Below are positions 46,596 to 53,465 of a stretch of 53,465 nt of DNA, piece by piece. The translations under genes were made by a program, and so were the position numbers. The stretch is from a virus (taxonomy: Duplodnaviria > Caudoviricetes): the IMG/VR virus record IMGVR_UViG_3300025083_000042, positions 1-53,465 of that record; one strand, 5' to 3'. Positions within the stretch are counted from its first letter, which is position 1. Each line of letters opens with the position of its first letter. Below the pieces are notes generated by a model, which worked only from the letters and a program-made list of their open reading frames with translations, was not told where the DNA came from and did no database searches.

Positions 46596-47186
46596 ATGAA
46601 CGAAATCAAATACGATTTAGGAACAGTATTACATTCACTCAGACCAGGATCTGAGTGGGTCATCTATGGTGGAAAATATTCTGGAATTAAGTGGTTAGAT
46701 GAAAATCAAACTCAACCAACTGAAGAAGAATGTGCTCAGAAAGCAGCAGAACTAGAATACCAAGAAGAAGTTAATGAATATCAGAGACAACGTGCTGCTG
46801 AGTATCCTTCTTATCCAGATCAGTTTGACCAAATCTTCCATGAGGGTATTGATGCTTGGAAGGCAGACATCCAAGTAGTCAAAGATAAGTATCCAAAGGT
46901 AACAATGGATGCTGTAGTATTAAAAGACAAACAAGATAAAGCAATTTTTAATTTACAAACTGAAAAATATATTGCTGCAACTAAAAGATTAGAACTAGAT
47001 GCGGTTGTTGCCTCTGATGATATTCCAGCAACAATAGAAGTAACTACAACTAATCCTGAAACACTGGAAGTAACTACTGAAACTGTTGATAATCCAGTGA
47101 TTGTCAAAGATACTGAAGAAAGAGCAGCAGCACAAGTAGTGGTTGATGCAACACCTCAACCTGTCATTGATTCTCTAAATAACTAA
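46596..47186 (+). CDS. Putative fibre-assembly chaperone (196 aa)
   Basis: LRPGSEW...W.D....PT..E and YQRQRAAEYPS..DQ.D...W...I..VKDKYPK motifs. Confidence 0.6.
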   Translation: MNEIKYDLGTVLHSLRPGSEWVIYGGKYSGIKWLDENQTQPTEEECAQKAAELEYQEEVNEYQRQRAAEYPSYPDQFDQIFHEGIDAWKADIQVVKDKYPKVTMDAVVLKDKQDKAIFNLQTEKYIAATKRLELDAVVASDDIPATIEVTTTNPETLEVTTETVDNPVIVKDTEERAAAQVVVDATPQPVIDSLNN

Positions 47187-47197
47187 AAAGTCTTCAG

Positions 47198-48127
47198 ATG
47201 TCTAGAATAAGAGCCAATACAATTGTCAACGGTGCTGGTACTGGAGCCCCTAACTTTCCTAGAGGTGCCATTATTAGTGGTATCTCTACGATTAATGCTG
47301 AGATTAGTGTAGGTACTGGTACTTCTATTAGTAGTCCAGCAACTAATGCATTAGCATTAGGTACTAATGATGTTGAGAGACTTCGTATAACTTCTGAAGG
47401 TACTGTTCATACTACTATGACTGGTACTGCGCCAATTTGGTTGAATGGCGCTATAGCTTGCAAAGAGAAGTTCTCAGTATTCCAAGGTGCTAATTTTGGA
47501 GAGGCATGTTTTAATATTGATGTAGATAATAATCAAAGTTTCTTATCCCACAATCTGTATTATTATAGTGGGTGGAAGACTAAGAAAGGTGGCCACCCTT
47601 CATTGCAACTTGAAATGGGTAGTAATGGATTTAAATTTCTTACTGGTAGTGATGGTGGTGATGATGGCGCTTCAGTATTATCAGAAAAACTTCGTGTAAG
47701 TTCTGGTGGTATTGTAACAATACCTAATCAACCAGCTTTCCATACGTCTGGAAACACAGCTACTTTAGTAGATAGTACTAATACTGTTATAGTAGGAAAT
47801 GTTGTTAATGTTAATATTGGAAATTGCTATGACAGTTCTAATGGAAGGTTCACTGCACCTGTAGACGGAATTTATCAATTCTCTTTCTGGGGTCTTGTAT
47901 ATCCACATGCTAGTGATGTTGTTAACACTTCTTATGCCAAAAATGGAACTCAATGGGCTGATTTAGTTCAAGGTGGGGCAGATACTAATAGCCATACTTC
48001 AAGAGCTGGTAGTGTTATTATGTCGATGAGTGAAAACGATTATGCAGAGTTGAGGATTAACAGAGGTACTGGCAGTGAGCAGGCATATAGTACCCAATGG
48101 AACATGTGTGGATTTCTTATAGGATAA
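47198..48127 (+). CDS. Tail fibre with C-terminal C1q-like domain
   Basis: QPAF...NIGNCYDSSNGRFTAPVDGIYQFS...GFLIG; ~85-nt block shared with 36049 gene. Confidence 0.75.
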   Translation: MSRIRANTIVNGAGTGAPNFPRGAIISGISTINAEISVGTGTSISSPATNALALGTNDVERLRITSEGTVHTTMTGTAPIWLNGAIACKEKFSVFQGANFGEACFNIDVDNNQSFLSHNLYYYSGWKTKKGGHPSLQLEMGSNGFKFLTGSDGGDDGASVLSEKLRVSSGGIVTIPNQPAFHTSGNTATLVDSTNTVIVGNVVNVNIGNCYDSSNGRFTAPVDGIYQFSFWGLVYPHASDVVNTSYAKNGTQWADLVQGGADTNSHTSRAGSVIMSMSENDYAELRINRGTGSEQAYSTQWNMCGFLIG

Positions 48128-48158
48128 TATAAATATAATTAAAGTCAATCAGAAAATT

Positions 48159-48419
48159 ATGGATTATACAATTACATTAACAGATACTGAAAAGACAGCG
48201 ATGGAATATATTGCTTTTGATGTTGATGAGTGGATTACTAGTGCCGCAACAAATCGTGCAAGAGTTGCAATTGAAGAAATTATTCAATTAAATACTGCTC
48301 ATTGTAATGCTAACTCGATTGCAATTGCAGTTGGTAGAGATGCACAGGTTGCACAGGCATTAAGTCTTGGTGTTATTGATAAGGCAGCAGACAGACCAGA
48401 ACCAGAACTAGCGGAATAA
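48159..48419 (+). CDS. Small late protein (86 aa)
   Basis: TATAAATA at 48128-48135 upstream. Confidence 0.7.
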   Translation: MDYTITLTDTEKTAMEYIAFDVDEWITSAATNRARVAIEEIIQLNTAHCNANSIAIAVGRDAQVAQALSLGVIDKAADRPEPELAE

Positions 48420-48473
48420 TTATAACGTAAGATAATACATAATAATTTGACCACTTGACAAACTGTCACAACT

Positions 48474-48499
48474 GACCTCCACTTTTACGAGTGGGGGTC
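48474..48499 (+). terminator. Hairpin at end of fibre array (possible terminator, overlaps promoter)
   Basis: GACCTCCACT-tttacg-AGTGGGGGTC 10-bp stem; weak U tail. Confidence 0.45.
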
Positions 48500-48506
48500 T
48501 TATAGT
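48478..48506 (+). promoter_or_regulatory. Putative early promoter TCCACT-N17-TATAGT with upstream element
   Basis: Same geometry as promoters at 13657 and 52217; AAGGAG SD and ATG 48528 downstream. Confidence 0.5.
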
Positions 48507-48527
48507 ATGTGGAGTTATACCAAGGAG

Positions 48528-48629
48528 ATGACTACCACTCATAAACTAATCTTCATTATGTCATTCATGTGGATGATGCAATGGGGGACCAGAGTTGTGT
48601 ATCAAGGACTATCTCATGCACTGTATTAG
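48528..48629 (+). CDS. Small hydrophobic protein (33 aa; not in ORF track)
   Basis: MTTTHKLIFIMSFMWMMQWGTRVVYQGLSHALY after AAGGAG. Confidence 0.5.
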   Translation: MTTTHKLIFIMSFMWMMQWGTRVVYQGLSHALY

Positions 48630-48954
48630 TATCAACCTCCCAGACCACCCTATACCCGACTGTAAGCCACTTATAGACTGGTTCTTAATGGAATACTTAT
48701 CTGACTATAGTGTAGACCTAACAGTGGTTTATATGGACCTATCTGATGAAGGTGTTGATGGTTGGTGCATGAGAGAACATGACCATGAGTTTCTAATTCA
48801 AATTGATGAGAGACTTGATGGTGCAGAACACACCAAAACTATTCTGCATGAATTGTACCATGTATTTCAGCATTTGAAAAATATTCCTCGATGTGAGATG
48901 TGTGCAAACTTAAGTGAAGAACAGAACCTTGACAGATATACAAAAGGTCTATAG
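48616..48954 (+). CDS. Putative zinc metallopeptidase-like protein (HExxH)
   Basis: GVDGWC...TILHELYHVFQH; ATG 48616 within ORF 48595..48954. Confidence 0.6.
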   Translation: MHCISINLPDHPIPDCKPLIDWFLMEYLSDYSVDLTVVYMDLSDEGVDGWCMREHDHEFLIQIDERLDGAEHTKTILHELYHVFQHLKNIPRCEMCANLSEEQNLDRYTKGL

Positions 48955-48957
48955 ACT
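48929..48957 (+). promoter_or_regulatory. Sigma70-like promoter TTGACA-N17-TAGACT
   Basis: Consensus -35, 17-nt spacer. Confidence 0.65.
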
Positions 48958-49040
48958 AGGCTTGTCCAGGATGATGAACATACTATAAGTCATTATTACT
49001 CACCTTCAATTGACCACTGTATTGTAAGAGACACCATTCC

Positions 49041-49235
49041 ATGAAACCCAAATTCGTTTGTGTTGAACCAAAAAACAATAGATCGAAGAATCGGTTCTAC
49101 AATCTTATGCATGAACTTCATTCATGTAGAGTAGAACAAGAGACAGAAGATCAAATGTTTCTTTCTTCTATTACCGGTAAGTATCACTTCTGGATGCAAA
49201 AAACTAATGATGAGAACTGGAACGTAATCAAATGA
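49041..49235 (+). CDS. Hypothetical protein (64 aa)
   Basis: ORF; ATGA-coupled to next gene. Confidence 0.65.
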   Translation: MKPKFVCVEPKNNRSKNRFYNLMHELHSCRVEQETEDQMFLSSITGKYHFWMQKTNDENWNVIK

Positions 49236-49504
49236 GTAACTACGATAGAACATGGGAATTAATGAATGACCTTGAACAGTCATTCAGTCGTGTCAGTACT
49301 ATTGAGTTTCTATCAGATAAACTGGTAGAAGCATCAGACAATGGTAGGTATAGTGATGTGGTTGACATTAGTCATGCATTACTTGCGTATATTCCTGTCT
49401 ATACTAAAGACTTTGATGAAAAGTTTAAGAAATGTTGGGAAGGGATAGTCACACCAGAGCTCAAAGGTTATAATCAACTAGATAAGGATATAACAGGGAA
49501 TTAA
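49232..49504 (+). CDS. Hypothetical protein (90 aa)
   Basis: ORF in tandem cluster. Confidence 0.65.
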   Translation: MSNYDRTWELMNDLEQSFSRVSTIEFLSDKLVEASDNGRYSDVVDISHALLAYIPVYTKDFDEKFKKCWEGIVTPELKGYNQLDKDITGN

Positions 49505-49507
49505 CAC

Positions 49508-49663
49508 ATGAGCCTACCATCAAACAGTAAAAAACTTAGTAAAACTCAAATTGAAAGTATTGAAAATGCTGTAAAAGATGTAGGCATCAAAGCTATTCAT
49601 CCTGATAAGATGGAAGAATTTGCTGCATATCTTGTAGATAAGGTAAAAAACTCTGATGGATGA
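49508..49663 (+). CDS. Hypothetical protein (51 aa; not in ORF track)
   Basis: Manual translation MSLPSNSKKLSKTQIESIENAVKDVGIKAIHPDKMEEFAAYLVDKVKNSDG. Confidence 0.6.
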   Translation: MSLPSNSKKLSKTQIESIENAVKDVGIKAIHPDKMEEFAAYLVDKVKNSDG

Positions 49664-49805
49664 GAAAGAAACACTGACTCTTGCTATGCAACAAATTGAG
49701 ACCACACTTGACCTAATTAAAGGTAATGACTATGAATCTTACATGAATCTCAAACTAATTTCAGTCTATTATGAGTTACAACGTCAACTTGACAATCTTT
49801 CGTAA
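49656..49805 (+). CDS. Hypothetical protein (49 aa; not in ORF track)
   Basis: Manual translation MDEKETLTLAMQQIETTLDLIKGNDYESYMNLKLISVYYELQRQLDNLS. Confidence 0.6.
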   Translation: MDEKETLTLAMQQIETTLDLIKGNDYESYMNLKLISVYYELQRQLDNLS

Positions 49806-49817
49806 CTAATCTATACT
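49789..49817 (+). promoter_or_regulatory. Sigma70-like promoter TTGACA-N17-TATACT
   Basis: Near-perfect consensus upstream of ATG 49840. Confidence 0.8.
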
Positions 49818-49839
49818 ATTAAGGTAATTCTCAAGACTA

Positions 49840-50073
49840 ATGAAGTATCTGTTTATTGTTGATCATTATGTACCATTTCCCTCATCAGAATATGGTGGAG
49901 TGTGGAATGTTGTTGCAGAAAATGATGAGGAATGTTTTGATTTAATCACTGAAGATGATGGTGAGTTTAATTCTCAGTATTTCAGTGAATTAAGACAAAA
50001 TATCAACAAGGCCGATAAATATTCTTTGTTAGATGAACTACCATCTAAAGTTGTAACCTCTTTCCTAACGTAA
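49840..50073 (+). CDS. Hypothetical protein (77 aa)
   Basis: ORF downstream of promoter; VPFPSSEYGG motif. Confidence 0.7.
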   Translation: MKYLFIVDHYVPFPSSEYGGVWNVVAENDEECFDLITEDDGEFNSQYFSELRQNINKADKYSLLDELPSKVVTSFLT

Positions 50074-50075
50074 TC

Positions 50076-50306
50076 ATGTCACAACCACGTCAAAGGGATG
50101 TTAATGATCCCCTCTATGACCCAAATGATAAGTACAATGCCTATAAGGTAGACTTACACACCAATGAAACACATTCGGAAGATGAATGGGATGCAGAGCA
50201 TGATGGTAAAATTGCCGATTGGCATAATCGACATCAAGACAAAGTTCTAGACAAGTTCTGTGATGATCACCCCGGTGCACCTCAATGTAAAGTATTCGAT
50301 GACTAA
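50076..50306 (+). CDS. CP12-like protein (C-terminal Cys pair only)
   Basis: Ends FCDDHPGAPQCKVFDD, matching the CP12 C-x8-C terminal motif; acidic and disordered. Confidence 0.6.
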   Translation: MSQPRQRDVNDPLYDPNDKYNAYKVDLHTNETHSEDEWDAEHDGKIADWHNRHQDKVLDKFCDDHPGAPQCKVFDD

Positions 50307-50490
50307 TTCACAAAAAGACGCACTCAATCTTATGATTGAAAGTGTAATCAAACCTGATAGTCGTCTCCGTGGTTGTGCATACAATCAGGGATGTTATGAT
50401 GAATTGATGGAATGGCGTCAAAAGATGCTTGACTTACTCTATAGTTATGAAACTGATGGAATTTCCACACAAAGCACCGCAAGGTTATGA
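50299..50490 (+). CDS. Hypothetical protein (MTNSQKDALNLMIESV...)
   Basis: Internal ATG of ORF 50260..50490 minimises overlap. Confidence 0.6.
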   Translation: MTNSQKDALNLMIESVIKPDSRLRGCAYNQGCYDELMEWRQKMLDLLYSYETDGISTQSTARL

Positions 50491-50734
50491 ATACTGGACT
50501 GATGACTATTCAAAGACAATCAAACGTATTTGGATTCGCAACATCAGTCGTGAATTTATAGGATGTTCAGAAGTACATCCGAGTTCAGTATGGGGGTTCT
50601 TTTGTAGAAAGAAAGGAGTGTTTATCGCTCCAATCAATCACAAGAAGCCAGGTAAGGTAGTAAATATATTAGACACGAGTCCATATTCTGCAATGCAGAA
50701 AAAACTTAACCCACTCATGGCAGCATTCTCATGA
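50447..50734 (+). CDS. Hypothetical protein (start uncertain)
   Basis: ORF 50429..50734; FPHKAP.GY...VWGF...APIN.KKPGK. Confidence 0.6.
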   Translation: MKLMEFPHKAPQGYEYWTDDYSKTIKRIWIRNISREFIGCSEVHPSSVWGFFCRKKGVFIAPINHKKPGKVVNILDTSPYSAMQKKLNPLMAAFS

Positions 50735-50916
50735 ACCCAGATACCATAACATTATCTACTCCATCAAGATCTTTTGCATACGAAAGATTGTCACGAGAGA
50801 TTGAGTCTTGTGAAAATCTAGGAGAAATCAAGGATATGTTACGGTGTTATGTTAAACTATATCTTAAGCAACAAGAAACATTAAACTCTATTGGTGTCCC
50901 ATCTTCTATTAATTAA
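50731..50916 (+). CDS. Hypothetical protein (61 aa)
   Basis: ATGA-coupled ORF; F.YE..SREI...LYLKQQE. Confidence 0.65.
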   Translation: MNPDTITLSTPSRSFAYERLSREIESCENLGEIKDMLRCYVKLYLKQQETLNSIGVPSSIN

Positions 50917-50921
50917 TTATT

Positions 50922-51179
50922 ATGTCTAATTATGATCCACAGGTGAATGATTATGTTAAATGGGAGAAACCTGCAGGTATTCTTGAGGGATGGGTATACT
51001 ATAGAGATGAAGAAGATGAGTATATTACAATTGAACTTGGTACAAAACCAAAACCATACTGTACGGTAACTCGTACACACAAACACTGCAAATATCATAC
51101 ATTGTTGTTATGTTACCAACATCAGTGGAATGAATTAGAATATATAAAAAAGAGAAATTCAATTTACGATGAAGATTAA
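50922..51179 (+). CDS. Hypothetical protein (85 aa)
   Basis: ORF in tandem cluster. Confidence 0.65.
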   Translation: MSNYDPQVNDYVKWEKPAGILEGWVYYRDEEDEYITIELGTKPKPYCTVTRTHKHCKYHTLLLCYQHQWNELEYIKKRNSIYDED

Positions 51180-51897
51180 AGCTTTGTTACTTGCCCTGTC
51201 ACTGACAGCAGTTCCTTCTGCCATGGCAGATCCACAATTTTATCCACATCAACATACTCATGAAGGTGTAGATACTACTACTACATTTGCACATCATGAA
51301 CCTGAGGTTGAACCATTTTCATATGATTCGATGGGTTGTATGTTACTGCAAGAATGTAGTGAAGGTGTAGATCCAGTTTGGGGTATTGATTATCTTGTAC
51401 AACAATATCCTGACTCTGATTGGGCCCCAGTTCAAGAAGAATTTAGTCGCATGTTGAATGCATTGACTCTTATTGATGTTCAGGTATATCTTGCGGACGA
51501 AAGTTATTTTCCTGTTGGACACCGTGGTGTATATCATACAGTAGGAAATAATTTCTTCCTGAACAGAGCATTCATGCATCGTCCTGGCGTATTGATGTCA
51601 GTTATGAGACATGAAGGGTGGCATGCAGCTCAGGATTGTATGGCTGGAACAATTGATAATACCATGATTGCTATTATTAAGCCCGAGGAAGATGTTCCTA
51701 TGTTGTGGCAAGAAATGGTAGAACGTACTTACCCAGTTTCTGCACAACCATGGGAGAAAGAAGCAACTTGGGCAGGTAAAACTGAAGGTATGACTCAACT
51801 AGCACTTGAATCTTGTGCTCGTGGTACAATGTGGACCGATTATGAGCCAACACCAATGACCCGTGAATGGTTGGTTAAAAATGGTTATATCAAATGA
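51169..51897 (+). CDS. Secreted HExxH metallopeptidase-like protein
   Basis: Signal peptide MKIKALLLALSLTAVPSAMA; MRHEGWHAAQDC; downstream EKEA. Confidence 0.65.
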   Translation: MKIKALLLALSLTAVPSAMADPQFYPHQHTHEGVDTTTTFAHHEPEVEPFSYDSMGCMLLQECSEGVDPVWGIDYLVQQYPDSDWAPVQEEFSRMLNALTLIDVQVYLADESYFPVGHRGVYHTVGNNFFLNRAFMHRPGVLMSVMRHEGWHAAQDCMAGTIDNTMIAIIKPEEDVPMLWQEMVERTYPVSAQPWEKEATWAGKTEGMTQLALESCARGTMWTDYEPTPMTREWLVKNGYIK

Positions 51898-52028
51898 TAT
51901 TGGCTGATGTTTTAATATGGATGAGTGTTCCATTTGTATTAGTAACATTATACTTTGGAACACGCGGCGGATACTATGATACCGACAAATATGATGGAGA
52001 TGGTACTGCACATAAAGTATTGAAGTAA
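51894..52028 (+). CDS. ndhP: NDH-1L subunit NdhP homologue (44 aa; not in ORF track)
   Basis: MILADVLIWMSVPFVLVTLYFGTRGGYYDTDKYDGDGTAHKVLK: one TM helix plus FGT..G.YD.D.Y.G.G.AH tail characteristic of NdhP; coupled to both neighbours. Confidence 0.8.
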   Translation: MILADVLIWMSVPFVLVTLYFGTRGGYYDTDKYDGDGTAHKVLK

Positions 52029-52228
52029 TGTGGAGAATATGGGCTTATGCTCTGGGTCGTAAAGACGGCAGAGACAAGAAAGATTCTGATAAAATTGCAT
52101 TCATAAGAACTGCAATAATGTTGCAATTAATTATTACTAATGGATTTATTATTGCAGGTAATATTAGACATTGGAATGATGGGCAATGTGTCAGTTCTAA
52201 CACTGTCCATGAGACCTTGACTTCTTGA
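52028..52228 (+). CDS. Small membrane protein (66 aa)
   Basis: MWRIWAYALG...; one hydrophobic segment. Confidence 0.65.
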   Translation: MWRIWAYALGRKDGRDKKDSDKIAFIRTAIMLQLIITNGFIIAGNIRHWNDGQCVSSNTVHETLTS

Positions 52229-52245
52229 CCTAAATACCCTATATT
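52217..52245 (+). promoter_or_regulatory. Sigma70-like early promoter TTGACT-N17-TATATT
   Basis: Followed by AGGAG SD and ATG 52272. Confidence 0.7.
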
Positions 52246-52271
52246 ATAAGGGTAGTCAATCAGGAGTTCTA

Positions 52272-52448
52272 ATGTCTGCCACCTATCTTCCACGCAAAAC
52301 CAAATATCGTGTAACTCTAGAGCTTGATGTCATGGATGATTTCAATGCTCATAATTTAGACTGGGAAAAGATCCTTGACCTTCAAGGTGATGAACGTGTT
52401 GACACATATGTGGAAGATTTGAGTGTACCCGACCACTTCTTCTCCTGA
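52272..52448 (+). CDS. Hypothetical protein (58 aa; not in ORF track)
   Basis: MSATYLPRKTKYRVTLELDVMDDFNAHNLDWEKILDLQGDERVDTYVEDLSVPDHFFS; AGGAG SD. Confidence 0.7.
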   Translation: MSATYLPRKTKYRVTLELDVMDDFNAHNLDWEKILDLQGDERVDTYVEDLSVPDHFFS

Positions 52449-52461
52449 TAATATCGGGGGT

Positions 52462-52469
52462 GATAAATA
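52462..52469 (+). promoter_or_regulatory. Late promoter GATAAATA inside an inverted repeat
   Basis: Upstream of ATG 52492; inverted repeat GGGGGTGATA / TGTCACCTCC. Confidence 0.6.
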
Positions 52470-52491
52470 TATTATATTGTCACCTCCACCG

Positions 52492-52683
52492 ATGGCTTAC
52501 TACCTCACTAAACCATGTCTGATCCAGTCTTCAAAGACACTATACTTTACTGGCGGTAATACGTGGTCTGATGACATTTCGGATAAAAAGAATTTTCCTA
52601 CTAGAGATCCATTGGACGCAAAAATTGCTAATGCTGATGGTAAGTCTGGCGGATTCAAAAATGCAACAGTGGTAGAAGCATGA
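52492..52683 (+). CDS. Small late protein (63 aa)
   Basis: ATG 52492 within ORF 52423..52683, after late promoter. Confidence 0.65.
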   Translation: MAYYLTKPCLIQSSKTLYFTGGNTWSDDISDKKNFPTRDPLDAKIANADGKSGGFKNATVVEA

Positions 52684-53465
52684 AGAACCTACAACTTTTT
52701 TTAGAACATGCATCTGAAAGGGCACAGGCTCTTAAAGATAGACAGGATAAGTTCCAAAAACCACAAAAATTTGAGGGTGGAGCTAAAACATTTGATACTA
52801 CAGATGTTCAACAGGGAGTTGATGCAGAAAAGGCAGCCAAAGCTGAAAGGGAACAACTAAAGAAAGAAATAAAGAGAGAACTTGCAACTGAGGTTTATGA
52901 TCCTGAAATGGGCACAGTTCGTGGTCCTCGCGCATCAAGAAGTACTGCAGAACGTAGAAAACCCGGTGTAAAACCAAGAGTTGCTGCAACTGGTGGTGGT
53001 AAAAGTAAACCCGTAGACTATAAACCTCAAGGTGAGAAACCGAATAGAAGTAAAACAATTTCACAAAGAACTCAACAACCAACAAAAGAACGTGGTTCTA
53101 CAGAAGTTAAACAATCATACGCAGAAAAGATTAAAGCAGATAGAAGAGCTGCAGCCAAGGCAAGAGCTGCTGCACGTGCGTCTGGTGGTAAAGTAAAGTC
53201 AACAACTACATCTTCTAAAGATGCTGAAAAGAAAGCAGATCAGTTATTGAAGACAAAAACTTCAGAACCAAAGAAAACGGAACCTGCAAAACCTCGTAAA
53301 AAATATGCTCATGCTGATGGTGGCGGTATGACAAGAAAGGAAAGAGATGCGACCAGAAATAAAGCAACTGGTCAAAGTAGGAAAGATGCAAAGTCACAAA
53401 TGCGTGCCGAGTTTGAAAAGACTCATGGTAGAAAACCAAATAAAAAAGAGGCAATTCAAATGACC
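52680..53465 (+). CDS. Lys/Arg-rich protein, possible head internal protein (runs off window)
   Basis: Frame from ATG 52680 (MKNLQLFLEHASERAQALKDRQ...) appears open to window end; basic and low complexity. Confidence 0.65.
   Translation, partial: MKNLQLFLEHASERAQALKDRQDKFQKPQKFEGGAKTFDTTDVQQGVDAEKAAKAEREQLKKEIKRELATEVYDPEMGTVRGPRASRSTAERRKPGVKPRVAATGGGKSKPVDYKPQGEKPNRSKTISQRTQQPTKERGSTEVKQSYAEKIKADRRAAAKARAAARASGGKVKSTTTSSKDAEKKADQLLKTKTSEPKKTEPAKPRKKYAHADGGGMTRKERDATRNKATGQSRKDAKSQMRAEFEKTHGRKPNKKEAIQMT

Noticed and set aside
28421-47192. Recurrent 18-nt and 27-nt repeats as a CRISPR array
   Set aside because: Copies are hundreds to thousands of bases apart, in promoters or coding frames; no regular spacers or cas genes
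1089-47953. Numerous 60-130 aa minus-strand and alternate-frame ORFs in the track (e.g. 10905..11273, 23297..23644, 26834..27232)
   Set aside because: They lie inside long plus-strand genes, mirror their codon bias, and lack promoters, SD or motifs
48455-48460. TTGACA read as a -35 box
   Set aside because: No -10 at 16-18 nt; it fits better as part of the upstream dyad element

Overview
AT-rich, densely coding window from a T4-like myovirus, almost certainly a marine cyanophage. This is inferred from T4-type baseplate/head genes, NATAAATA late promoters, sigma70-like early promoters and the cyanobacteria-type small genes ndhP and CP12-like. Layout: gp2-like and gp4 on the minus strand, then gp54, gp26 and gp51. 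Next come two tape-measure-like proteins carrying amidase, lysozyme-like and M15-like peptidase motifs, a gp27-like hub, a split gp5 and a paralogous triplet, followed by a small early-gene island. A ~34 kb array of about 25 tail-fibre, adaptor and chaperone genes (14.7-48.4 kb) follows, and the window ends in a cluster of small genes. Main observations: (1) the fibre array is built from promoter-bearing cassettes with DNA-identical anchor blocks around variable domains, plus deletion/insertion scars, suggesting a recombinational shuffling system; (2) a T TTT TTC -1 frameshift site would fuse gp26 to gp51 just upstream of the tape-measure-like genes; (3) a consensus sigma70 promoter and terminator enclose a ~60-nt ORF-less RNA; (4) a 44-aa NdhP homologue is absent from the ORF track; (5) an operator-like element recurs upstream of three early promoters; (6) a hairpin could act as an early/late translational switch. 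Protein calls come from motif recognition by eye; no searches were run.
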